In this document: positions 8,920 to 20,400 of the stretch, piece by piece | Numbering within the stretch: the first letter of the stretch is position 1 | Layout of the letters: each line of letters opens with the position of its first letter | The notes under the pieces: generated by a model | The model's database searches: none | What the model saw: only the letters and a program-made list of their open reading frames with translations | What the model was told of the DNA's origin: nothing | Virus record (IMG/VR): IMGVR_UViG_2585427590_000001 | Coordinates: 5,971 to 69,970 of that record | Length of the DNA stretch: 64,000 nucleotides | Strand: one strand, 5' to 3' | Origin: a virus | Taxonomy: Duplodnaviria > Caudoviricetes | Position numbers and translations under genes: made by a program

Positions 8920-10154
8920 GCTTGGCAGGTATCGGGATCGGCCTCGGTGGCTTTATGGAGGGCTATCAAAGGGGCACCGAGCTCCGGCAGCAGAAAAAGC
9001 GCGCCGAATATCTCGACCAGCAGGCCGAGCGGCAGAAGATCATCGACGCTCGCGAGGACGAACAATACGCGCGCACTGAAAAGCAGCGTCAGGATATCGC
9101 CGCCATCGGGACTGAGGCTCAGACAAGGTTCGACTCGGCGGTAAAATCTGGCACTCAGCAGCCGGGCGACTTCGATACCTTCTGGTCGACCTATGCCGTT
9201 CCGAAACTCTCGCAAACTTACCTCGCAAACGGGGATCTCGATAATGCACGTAAGGTGCAGGAGTGGGGCGACAGCGCCGAGGCCAAGGCAGGTGGCAAGC
9301 TTGCCATGGGAGCACTGCTGAAGGCTCAGACCGGCGATACGGATGGCGCGTTGGCAGATGTGATCAAAGCCGGCCAGATGAAGGGCTACATTGATCACGG
9401 CTATGAGGTTCTCGGCCACGACAGCATCGCCGCCCCCGACGGTTCAGTTGCAGGCTATCGCCTTCGCCTAAAAACCCCCGATGGCAAAGAGGTGGAACAG
9501 GACGTCCAGAAGGCAGATATGCCGCGGCTGATCGCGACCTTCCTTAATCCAGAGGCCGCATGGGACAGCCAGGTCAAAGCACGCGCCGAGACTGCGAAAG
9601 ACGCCAAAGAACTCGACCAGTACGAGGCCAAGAAGAAGATCGACAAGCAGTACGGCACTGGCGAGAACAAGACCCGTGGCGATGCCATTGCGGCGCTTCG
9701 CAAGCGCATGGACGGCGGTCTAGCCGGCAACGAAACGAAGTTCGACGATCTGCCGCGTCAGGAGCAAGAGAAGCTAATTGCTTCGGAAATCGATCTACAG
9801 GGCGGTCAGCCTGGATTGTCGGCAGACGGTCCCGTGGCATCTGCTGCACCAAGCGGGCCGTCTCGGAAGGTTATCGTCGACACTGCGACCGGCAAGCCGG
9901 TTGCCGACGAGCCCCCACGGCAGCCGGCGCCGACACAGAACGCCTCCGCGCAGCAGCCAGCTCCTCCGCAAACGCGCGAAGATAACGTCGCCTACCTGCT
10001 CCAGTCGGCTGACCAGGCCGTGAAATCCGGCGAGAACCCACAGCGCATCGCCCAGGATCTTCTCAACAATGGCGTTCCGCGGGAGCAGTGGCCCGAATCC
10101 CTCGCGACGGCGCTAGCCGTTTCGGAGCGAAACCAGATCGGCCTTGGCCGGTAA
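8916..10154 (+). CDS. Probable ejection / internal virion protein
   Basis: N-terminal GIGLGGFMEGYQRG followed by coiled coil; last gene of the + strand structural operon. Confidence 0.65.
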   Translation: MSLAGIGIGLGGFMEGYQRGTELRQQKKRAEYLDQQAERQKIIDAREDEQYARTEKQRQDIAAIGTEAQTRFDSAVKSGTQQPGDFDTFWSTYAVPKLSQTYLANGDLDNARKVQEWGDSAEAKAGGKLAMGALLKAQTGDTDGALADVIKAGQMKGYIDHGYEVLGHDSIAAPDGSVAGYRLRLKTPDGKEVEQDVQKADMPRLIATFLNPEAAWDSQVKARAETAKDAKELDQYEAKKKIDKQYGTGENKTRGDAIAALRKRMDGGLAGNETKFDDLPRQEQEKLIASEIDLQGGQPGLSADGPVASAAPSGPSRKVIVDTATGKPVADEPPRQPAPTQNASAQQPAPPQTREDNVAYLLQSADQAVKSGENPQRIAQDLLNNGVPREQWPESLATALAVSERNQIGLGR

Positions 10155-10193
10155 TCCCAGCGCCTAAGTGATTAGCGGCCAGAGGGCAAAACG

Positions 10194-10225
10194 AAGCCGC
10201 GCGGAGAAACCCAGCGCGGCTTTTT
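10194..10225 (+). terminator. Rho-independent terminator, possibly bidirectional
   Basis: AAGCCGCGC-N11-GCGCGGCTT followed by further Ts, between convergent genes. Confidence 0.75.
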
Positions 10226-10255
10226 ACATTTTCAACAACATTATTCTAAGCGAAT

Positions 10256-10432
10256 TCAGGTCGCCTGCTTAAGCTCTTTTGTCTTGCCCCGCCGCTTTAG
10301 CTCTCGCTCAATCGCCGCGCGTATAAAGTCCAGTCTCACCTCACCTTTTTCCAAAGATGCATCTATTCGTTCCGTTGTCCCTTCGGTCAACGGCAACTGA
10401 ATACGCTCGGTGAACTGTTTCTTGCGCCCCAT
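10256..10432 (-). CDS. Ribbon-helix-helix (Arc/CopG-like) DNA-binding protein
   Basis: MGRKKQFTERIQLPL...RIDA.L..GE.RLDFIRAAIERELKRR; TTGACA upstream on the - strand. Confidence 0.75.
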   Translation of the reverse strand: MGRKKQFTERIQLPLTEGTTERIDASLEKGEVRLDFIRAAIERELKRRGKTKELKQAT

Positions 10433-10493
10433 TTTAGAGGGACTTACATGTATACGAAAGTCTGTCAAGCGCCACCCTTTAACGTGTATACGC

Positions 10494-10539
10494 ATTGACT
10501 AAATAACATGTATATCTTATCTGTTCAATCAGATACACG
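10494..10539 (+). promoter_or_regulatory. Promoter/operator, copy A of a 46-bp diverged repeat
   Basis: TTGACT-N17-TATCTG with TGTATA boxes; 35/46 identical to 26669-26714. Confidence 0.6.
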
Positions 10540-10565
10540 ATTGGACTTAAGCTTTGACCGCGCCC

Positions 10566-10922
10566 TCACCCTGGAAGGTACTGCCTTTCCTTCAACCACT
10601 CGGCCAGCATGTCGGCAACAGCGGACCCTCTGTCTACAGACTGTGGGAAGCACTCTGTTCTCGCCTTGCAAAACGCTTGGAAGGTTTCCCGGGGAAGCAT
10701 CACGACGATCGGCGCACCGTTTTCCCTGTTCTTGCTATCGATCAGGTCAGCGGATTCCGCCCAAAGGGTGAAGATTTGTTTAATGACCTGCGGCCGCGTT
10801 ACGCCGATCGAGCTCGCGAAATTTTCGAGCGCATCATACAAATCTTCGTGGAGGCGCACCTGAACGGGAATTCCCTTCCCGGTTGGCGGGCGCCCACGCT
10901 TCTTAGGTTGCATTTTTTCCAT
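10566..10922 (-). CDS. CopG/RHH-type transcriptional regulator
   Basis: KKRGRPPTGKGIPVQVRLHEDLYDALE...TRPQVIK motif; start codon uncertain. Confidence 0.7.
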   Translation of the reverse strand: MEKMQPKKRGRPPTGKGIPVQVRLHEDLYDALENFASSIGVTRPQVIKQIFTLWAESADLIDSKNRENGAPIVVMLPRETFQAFCKARTECFPQSVDRGSAVADMLAEWLKERQYLPG

Positions 10923-11023
10923 TGTGGGGACCCTTAATTTGTGCAACCAATAAATTACAACTCGAGAATAACGACAAGTTTTACTCGACCGTAGTTAGAG
11001 CCCGTGCTGGGGGAACGCCGGAA

Positions 11024-11344
11024 ATGCCAGATAGTGCCAGTATCACGCGTAGAATGCTTCTTTCGGCAATGCCTCCAGCAGGAATAGCCCTTTTAGCTCC
11101 AGCAAAAGCTTCCGCCTCCGTTACGAACGAACCGGTGATCGGATTACTTCTGCAGCACACAATGTCGCTAGAAAACGACACGGATGAGTGGAAGGAGATA
11201 GAGCGGGAAATCGTGTCGTCTCCGCCAAGTATTCTGACACGCGAAGGTGCGCTCGAGTGTCTGCGGAGTGCGTTGCGGGTCGACGGGATGGGCAAGTTTG
11301 AAAACGCCCTCGTCACTGCCGCGCTGAAGTATTTCCAGGCATAG
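11024..11344 (+). CDS. Hypothetical protein with twin-arginine-like N-terminus
   Basis: ITRRMLL...APAKASA; divergent from the RHH gene. Confidence 0.55.
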   Translation: MPDSASITRRMLLSAMPPAGIALLAPAKASASVTNEPVIGLLLQHTMSLENDTDEWKEIEREIVSSPPSILTREGALECLRSALRVDGMGKFENALVTAALKYFQA

Positions 11345-11493
11345 TTAAAAACACGGACCGCTGACCAAGGTCGTCGACCAGTTCCGACCTCGGCTGTCCA
11401 TACCGATAAGTGCTGCAGCGGCGATCGATTTCAACATCTCCCCTTTCGCGTTGCGGGCAGAAGATGCTTGTTTCCGCATCGGTTGTAAAGCGG

Positions 11494-14400
11494 TCAACGA
11501 TACACGGGGTCAGACAAGCTCTCTCGCAGGCGAAGGCTGAGGATCTTGTTGCGGATCAGGACGCCGTCCTCCCGTTTTGCCGAATTGCTGGCCCGGGTTT
11601 TCAGCGATCGTTGTAGGGTCTCCTTCGTGATCGGCACCCCACCATGTACCGGCAACGCGTTGAACTTCTCAATCGCCCTCACCGCGTCGTCGATGGCACC
11701 ATCATCCTGAGACATGGCCGCCATCGCGAACTTGTTGACCAGGCGCTGACGCTCACCGAGAACGCGTCGCTCCGCGTTCTTCAATGCCGTGTTTCGGTCC
11801 CACGTCTCCGCCACCCTCGCCGGGTTGAAGCCGAGCGCCTGGGCAACGATGTCATCATAGCCCATCTCATCGGCCGGCAGCACCTGATCCCCGCCGACGG
11901 TAGCCAATCCTTCGCTAGCGTACCGGTAGGATTTCATCAGGTCTCGGACCGCCTTGGGCGCCATCATCTCGATGCCACGGGCAACCTCACCATCATAGAT
12001 CAGGCTGGCACCCGTGTAGAGCGTTTCCCCAAGCCCCGCCGTCGCGCCGAGCGTCTGCGTGAGCCAATACTGGTACTCGTCCTTGCCCTGAAGGTCGCGA
12101 GACGGAGACCGGAACCACAAATCTGGCATGCCGATGCGGCTCGACAGATCAATGCCGAGGTAGTGACCGGGCACACCATTCAACACCACACCGCCGAGCT
12201 CCGGCCCGAGAATGTCAACGACGTTGGCCTTGAACTGCGTTTCGAAGTCCATCGGATCGTCATCGTCGCCGAACACCATGCCGGCCAGCCCCATCAGCAG
12301 ATGGAAGCCAACGGTGCCCGAAACGCCCGCCATAAGCGACATCATGCCGACGACGCCGGCGAGCTGATACCGTGCCTCCTTCCGCGCCTGCGCGGTTTCA
12401 CCCTTCATGGACTGGTGAATATCCCGGAACAGCCGATAGAGCATGTTGATGTTGTGCTGGCGGAAGACGAGAGCGACCTTGGCAAGATCGTTCTGCAGGA
12501 CAGCAGGCCGCGACGAGTTCGCATAGTCGAAATGCGTCTTCCAGGTGAGATCGTGCGCGGTGTCGATCGCCGCCGACATCGTTTCGCCTGCGTCACGCGC
12601 CATGCGATAGGCCGCCAGCGCCGTCACTTCGCGGTTCCAGACTTCAGCGCGATGGAACGCCCAGGAGATGACACCCATCACCCGCGCCCGCAGTGGCGTA
12701 TATTCCACGCCGGTTTCACCCACGCCGGCAAGGTCATGGCTCTGGGTCCGGTCGATCAGGCCCGATTCATAGAATGCCTTGATCGCTGTCTTTTCGTCCT
12801 TCGAGAGGTTGCCGTTGACGATCGAGCCGCGGCCCCTGACCGTATCCATGGACGCTTGCGCCAGCGCGGCGCCTGCCTTGGCGAAGCTACCGAACTTCGC
12901 AGACAGGATCGGAAGGCCTAGCATGACAGTCTGCGTCATGTTGACGACGGCAGCGGCCGGTGAGGCCGCGAGGAACCACACAAAGGCAGTGCTTGTCATG
13001 GTCTGCGCGGCCTTGCTTCCGGTCGGGTTCATCACCCACTCGTGTCGCTTGGATAGCTCGTTGGCGAGGGTGACGCCACGTGTCTGATCGTCGCTCTCCT
13101 TTGCCTGATCCATCGCCTGACCGGTGAGCTCCTGCAATTCGAGCCCATATTTCAAGCGCGCGATCTGGTGCGCGCTGTGGAACATGTGCGACGAGAACAC
13201 CCGCAGTGCGTCGCCGGTGAACCCTGCTGTGCCCTGGCGATGGATGAAGCGCTTGCGAGCCGATAGATCCGGCATGCTTTCCAGATATCGCTGCCAGATC
13301 TGATCCATGATGTCGTTGCCAACGCCGGCGCCGCCAAGGATTTCCTCGATCTCGGCAACAATGCGTGGATCCATGGCCTTGCGTAGATCACTCCCCGCCT
13401 CCATGACCCCCACCTCAACCTTCGCGCCGCCAGCCCCGCGGCGGAGCTCCTCGGCAAAACGATCACGGGCGGCAGCCGTTTCGAACTTCGAGAAGCTCAG
13501 CACCTTCCCGTCGATATCCCGCTGGGTGACGAAATACCGCCCGAAGCGGCCGAGCGGGAAATACGGCTCTTCGACACGGCTTGCCTCGAAGGCGATACGC
13601 ATCTTCGTCAGCCGCGCCTTTGCCGCCCATGTGGCCTTGGTGGTTTCCGCCTTATGCGCGCTCGCCGCATCCTCTTCGGCATTGCGCCGATCGATGCCCG
13701 TCAAGCCGCTATCTCTGATCTTCTCCATCGTCTTGCGATAGCGAGCCTCTGCGCGATCGTGGGCGATCTGCTGCGCCTTCCTCACGTTATCGAGGAGGAT
13801 GTCGTCGAGCTCGAGCGCCTGCTTTTTGTAGGCGTCCCGGACGCGCTGATAGAGCTCCCTGCCCTTGACCGGCATCGCCATGTACTGCTTCCGCAGCAGA
13901 TCATATCCGGGCTTTTTCGTGGTCTCCTCGTCAGTCTTGCTCGGATCGACGCCAGCAAGGGTGCTGTTGTGCATCAGGTTCGCCAGTTCCTGGGCCCGGC
14001 TCTTGTCCTTGCCGAGGAAGCCGAGGCGGGCATATTTCAGCCATTCGCCGGCGATCTCGTCGGCGGCGGCATGCTTCGTGCCACGGTAGGCGTCCATGAG
14101 GCGCTTGACGCGAAGATAGTCGCCGACGGCGGTCATGTTTGGCCGGGCGAGTTCCGTGAAATAGTTCAGCGGGATCGTCTTCAGGAGTGCCGGCTGGATG
14201 TCGACGAGCTTGCCGTTCAGCTCCTTGATGACACGGCTCTCGCTTATGCTTTTTCGGCTGCTGACTTTCGCTGAATCATCTGGCGCGCCTGCTTCAGATA
14301 GACCTGACGCTGAGGATCGCTGGGAGGCCACTTGCTGACCGACTGGGCCCAGTTTTTCCATTCCTGCAACGTGTCGAATGGCGTTGGAGGATCGATTAGC

Positions 14401-17400
14401 CCCTGTACTGCTTGGATCTGGTTTTCCATTTTTGAAGAATGCCCTCATGAGTTTCAGAGCGGCTTCGTCAATTTTCCGATCAAGCCCCGGAACAACTGAA
14501 GTGTCATAGGGCTTACTAGCGGAAAAGTCGATAATGCCGGCTCGATTAGCCACAATTGCTGCGAAGTGGTGGAACGCATCTTTCGCCTGGGCATCCGTGA
14601 TCTTGCGATCTTTAACCAGGCTGTCGAGGAAAGGTTCAATCTCGTACGACAGGCTGGCGAGATTGTTGCCGAAAACGTTGCTGTCGCGGCTGATATTCTG
14701 GCTCGCGGCGAGGTAGTCTCGAGCCGTCTGCGTTATGCCGCCGACGGTGTTGTAGCCGTCATGTCCCATTGCATAGATCGAGTGAACCCCGGGATAAAGC
14801 GTTGCTGCTATATCCGGCGCGCTCAGCGGCGTGTTGGCGGGATGGTTATGATAGAGCACCATGCTGCGATCGGGGTTCGCCATTGCCGAGGCGAGCTTGT
14901 TGCTCATCCCGGTATAGCGCGGGTCGCCTGCGGTGCCGAAATCGATTGTAGAACCGTCATCATCGATCGCAACGAGATACTCGTGCCCGCTAGCTTGACC
15001 CTTCTCCAAGACGATGCGGCGGGCCCAATCGGCATAGCTCTCATCTTCGCCGCGCTCGGGAGCTTGGGCCTCCTTGAACCGGCCGTCGCCACGAACAACA
15101 GGATCAGGGCGCTTGGCCACGGCAGCGTTTGCAGAACCCTTCTGCTTTGGCTTCAGTGCATCGAGAATGCGGCGATGCCGCGCCGACGTCTCCGTGAGCT
15201 CTTCAGAGTGCTCCCATGGGCCAAGCTGTTTTTCAAGCGATGGGATCTGCTCCCTCGCCTCGGCGACGCGCTCGCGGTCCAACTGGGGCAGCGTAGAGAG
15301 CTTCTTGACGGTGTTGATCACGCGCATGCCGAGACCGGTCGCGTCTACGTCGGCAGCGTCCTGTACGTGCACCTGATAATCACGGTCGCCAGAGACTGTG
15401 ACTTCGAACGCCCGATCATACTGGTGCTCGATCGACAACGTGAAATCGCCGTACTTGCCGAGTTCCGTGTCGCCGGCGTGGTCGATCAGTTCCTTGCGCA
15501 TGGCCGCTGCTATTGCGGCCCCGAACTCCTTTGGCTTGTCGAAGGTCTGGCCGCCGATTGTTGCCTCAAATGGCTTGTCGGCAATTGCCTCTGCCCGCTC
15601 TGCATCCTTCTGGACGGAGCTCGAGCGCGCTTCGATCTCGTCGGCTTCCTGTTTAAGAGACCTGATCTTGCCCTTGATACGGTGCTGTTCGCGATCGTGT
15701 TCAACCGACTGGCCTTCCAGCTGGCGCAGCTTGCGACGAGTTTCCATCTCTTCAAGAATGAGAGGGTTGCCCGAGGCAGCGGCCTTCATCTCGGCGGCAT
15801 TCGCAGCCTCGCCGGCAATATCCTCGATCTCGCGGGTTTTCAGATTGCCCTTACGAACCTGCTGGATGAATCGGGCCTTCGCTTCGATGCCCTGCCACTG
15901 GCGCGCATCAAGGGTGTTCTTCGTCGCGTAGCGTAGGATTTCGATTTCGAAGTTGTCCGGATCCTCGCCATAGAGCTCGTTGCCCTGGCGGATGCCACGG
16001 CCGTCACGCTGCTCGAGGTCGGACGGACGCCACGGCGCATCGAGGTGATGGAGCGCTACCAGGCGGTTCTGCACGTTGGTGCCGGCGCCCATCTTCGGCG
16101 TTGAGCCGAGAAGGACTCGGACGCGGCCTGATCGAACCTTTCCGAACAGCTCTTCCTTCTGCGCCTCGGTGTTGGCGTCGTGAATGAAGGCGATCTCATC
16201 GGCAGGGATGCCGCGCGAGATCAGCTTTTCGCGAAGATCATCGTAGACCGAGAACGTGCTCTGCAGCGCGAGGAAGTCATCGGGCGACATATTGTCGAGC
16301 TTTTCCTGCGCCGCCTCGTCGCCCTCGTCCGCCTTCTGGATCAGGGCGCGGAGCGCGGCCTCTTCGCGGGCGCGCGCCTTCTTCGGCGTCGACAGGTCGA
16401 TAAACACCAACTGCGTGCCGCGGCTCGCGTGCCAACGATCGTAGACGCGCTTAATATTGTCGGCAGAGACGTGGACCTTTGAGCCCGGATGATCCGAATA
16501 GGCGGGATCGATCAGGCGCATGTCGAGCGCAGCCTTGCGGGCATCCGACATGACCTTCAGCATGTTGTCGGCGCCCTTTTCCACCTTCTTCGGCAGATTT
16601 TCAGCGCGCCAGACGAGAGAGCCCTTCGGGAACTCAAGATTTCCGTTATCGTCAGCCTTGCCTTCGCCAATAAAGGCTGCCTGATCCGGAGAGCGCTCGA
16701 CGGTGATATTGGTCGGCTTGCCGCCCTTCACCTTCGGCAGCGGGAGCTTCTTGCCGATCGCGGCCAGCTGCGCCTTGATGTCGTCATTGGTGATGACGTC
16801 GGCGAAGCTGAGATAGCGCTGCATCAGCTCGGGCATGTTCACGAACTTGGCAAACCGGCTGTTCAGCTTGTACTGACCGCTCGGCGAAAGCTCCCAGTCG
16901 CTTACTACCTCGCCGAACACCCTCGCCCAGGCGTCGAAATGCGCGACACCGAGATTGCGAAGCGCTTTCTCGTCGAGATACCGCTGGACCGTGAACATTT
17001 CGGCCATCGTATTGCTGAGCGGCGTTCCGGTTAGGAAAACAACGTTGTTGCCGCCGGTCTTTTCGAGAATGAACCGGCTCTTCATGTAGAGGTCGGACGC
17101 CTTCTGGCTGCCCGCTTGATTGCCGAGACCAGCAACGCGGTTCATCGATGTGGCAAAAGCGAGGTTCTTGAACTCATGCGCCTCGTCGACATAGAGCGCG
17201 TCAACGCCGAGCTCGTCGAACGTGAGGCCATCATCCTTCTTTCCGGCATCCAGCAGCCGTTCCATCTTGGCCTTGAGGTTGTCGCGCCATTTGGTGAGCT
17301 GAGCGACGTTCCGCGACTTCTCGCCAGTGTTACGGCGCAGCTCCCCGATGGACTGCTCGAGATCGTCCATCTGCTGCTGGATGAATCGGCTTTCATAGTT

Positions 17401-20400
17401 CGCGTCGATGCCGATCTTGCCGAAGGAGGAATGCGCGACGATGACGGCGTCCCAGTCACCGGTGGCGACTCGGGCAAACAGCCGCTTTCGGTTCTCCTTC
17501 TCGAAATCCTTCTTCGTAGCGGCCAATACCTTCGCGCCGGGATAGAGGCGGACGAAGTCAGCCGCCCATTGCCCAACGAGATGGTTCGGCACGACAAACA
17601 TAGGCTTGCGCGCCTGGCCGATGCGCCGCTTCTCCATCGCAGACGCGATTGCCGCAAAGGTCTTGCCTGCACCCACGGTATGGTCCGCCAGCGCAGTTCC
17701 CGATTGCAGCGACCGCCACACGAAATTCTTCTGGTGCGGCCGGAAGGAGATGATGTCATCCCCAACCTTGCCCGGTAGCGTGAGGTGGCCACCGTCGAAG
17801 CTACGCATGACATCGGTGTTGAAGGTGTCGTTGTAGAGCCGCGCCAGTTCATCACGGCGGGCGTCATTATCCCACAACCACCTGCGCCATTCCGCCTTTA
17901 CGCGCTCCGCCTTCTCGTTTGCTGCATCAGTTGCTGGTTGATTGAGGACCGTCGACCCATCGCCCATGCGGTCAGAGATCGTGATCGACTGGCCGTTCAT
18001 GACCGCACTGAGAATGGTATCGACGCTCGCGCGATCGGTTCCCCACTGCGTCTGAGCCGCCGCGGCCGGCGTCGGCACGTCGAGCACCCACTTGGCATTC
18101 GCTGCGGAATAGTAGGCCTTCGGCTTCACTGAGGACTGAGCTATGTGTTTTACGAAGTCCTCGATGTGTTTTGCCGGTACCCAGGGAGATCCGGGCTTAA
18201 CATCGATGTCGATCGCCTCGATGTCGGCCGGCTGGACGTCGCGAAGGGCGTTGACGTTTCGCCGGAAGTCCGAATCCTGCTCTGCGGCGCGCTCCGCCTC
18301 GGCGAGCTTCTGCTTCACATTACCGGACAGATAGGCGTCCGCAGTCTCATACGCGCCCGACGGTGTCTTATAGACAAGTGGTCCAAGCTCGCTGACGATC
18401 GCGCCCGTGGGCTTGCCATAGAGCCGAGACATTGCGTCCAGATCAACGCGCCCGAGATCGTTAAGGACCGTCGCGAGAGCGTCCTTGGCACTGCTGGCCG
18501 ACGTGGGGCGACGATATGGCTGCTGGGTCCGCTTCGTGAAGATGGCGGCCTTCTGCGCCGATGCTGGCTTTGTCGTCTCGCCAGTCGCCTTGGCAACGGT
18601 CGCGCTGATACCCTTATCGAAACCCTGTTCCAGTGCCGAAATCTGCGGCCAAGTGGGATCATCGCGGAATAGCCGCTTATTGGCGTCCGCATTGATCGGG
18701 CCGTGTTTCTTCACGAATCCGTCGTAGAGCGTGTTGAGCCGGTTGCGGAGGTTCTCGATCTGCTGGTCGCTGGCCTTCTCGTCGATCTGCGCACGACGCA
18801 GCCGGGCGAAGGCGTCACGCACGCGCACCATGCCCGAAACACGTTCCTTGGCAGTCTCGTTCGGGAAAGCAATAGCAGAAGACTGCGCTTGCCCGATCGA
18901 ATCGGACAGGCGCTGGTGGATGGTTCCATCCGGAGCCGCAAACATGGAGCCAACCTGCACGTCGTTGACCGTTTCAGGCACTGCAACGGTCTCGGTAGCG
19001 ACGTGACCGGGCTCCACCATGATGTTTTCGGGCAGGCTGCGGATTGCCTTGGCAAGCTCGGCCGGTGTGTCCTGACCGCCACGCGCGATCAGCGCGGGCT
19101 CATCTGGCCCATACATCGACCCGAACGCGCCGAACTCGCCGAGCATCATCTCGGGGTGAGCAATGAAGTAGTCGTTGAGCGGGACCACTTTACCGTCACG
19201 CCCGCGATAGTCGGACACACCAAGCCATTGGCTCGACGATGGTGCCTCGCCGGCAAGGCGTTTGCGGAGAATGACGATATCCGTGGTTACCTCGGTACCG
19301 GCATTCTTGAGGAACGCGTTATTCGGCAGGCGAATTGCCGCGACGAGATCGGCCTGTTTCGCAATGAGGTTTCGCGCCGCGGCGGACTGACCATCGAGGA
19401 AACGGTTGGTGACAACCATCGCCAACACGCCACCCGGGCGCAGCGCTTCGACACTCTTCGCGAAGAAGAAATTATGAATCGAGAGCTTGTTTAGATGACG
19501 ACGGTCCTTGTCGTAGACCTTCTCACTGCCGAAGGGCGGGTTGCCGATCGCGAGATCAAAATAGCCATCCGGCACCGAAAGCTTCTCGAAGCCCATGGGG
19601 GTCTGGATGTTGGCGCTTGGATAGAGGTTCTTTGCGATGCCGCCGGTGATGCGATCGAGCTCGACGCCAGTCACCTTCGCCGCATCCCTGACTTCGCCCG
19701 GCATCAAGCCGAGAAAATTGCCCGCACCGACGGACGGTTCCAGCACCTGCCCGCCCTTGAAGCCAAGCTTTCGCGCGATGTCCCAAACCGCAGACACGAT
19801 TTCCGGCGCCGTGTAATGCGCGTTGCGAGTCGAGGACTCGGCGGCGCTGTATTCTTCCGGTGAAAGCAGCGCTTTCAATTCGGCTGCCTGCTTCTCCCAG
19901 CCCTTCGCTACAGAACCGTCCTCACGGGCGAATGCCTGGCGCAAACCGCCCCACCCTACCCACTTGGCGAGCACGGACTGTTCGTCGCGCATCGCCGGCC
20001 GCTTCTGTTCGTCGAGCGTGCGAAGAAGCCTGATCGCGGCAACGTTCCCAGCGAATTTCGTCTTCTGGCCGCCTTCGCCGAGATTGTCATCGGCCGACAA
20101 TGTGTAATCAACCGCACGATGTTGAGCGGGCACCGCTGCGGATTGGACATCGCGAAGTTGATCCGATATATTCTCATCTGCTCGCGGCGGGGTTGACGCA
20201 GCCCTGTCACCCCACAAAGCGCTGAGAGGGCGTGAACTTCTTTCGGTGCGCCGCGAGCCATTCTCAAAAGCAGTCAGCAGCCACGTTTTGGCGGTGCCAT
20301 CATAGTCAAGGCGCACGCCAGCAGAACCACTTTCGTCGCGGAGCTGGATACGGCGAGTGGTGCTGCGATCTTTGTCGACGCGAAGGCGATCGATGAAACC

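Noticed and set aside
11644-12921. 425-aa + strand ORF within the giant gene
   Set aside because: Antisense shadow with Arg/His-rich composition and no RBS
14420-14440. Programmed frameshift from the giant into nested ORF 2 at TTCAAAAATG
   Set aside because: No canonical slippery heptamer or stimulatory structure seen; independent initiation is simpler
14566-15936. 456-aa + strand ORF within the giant gene
   Set aside because: Antisense shadow of the helicase/JAB region
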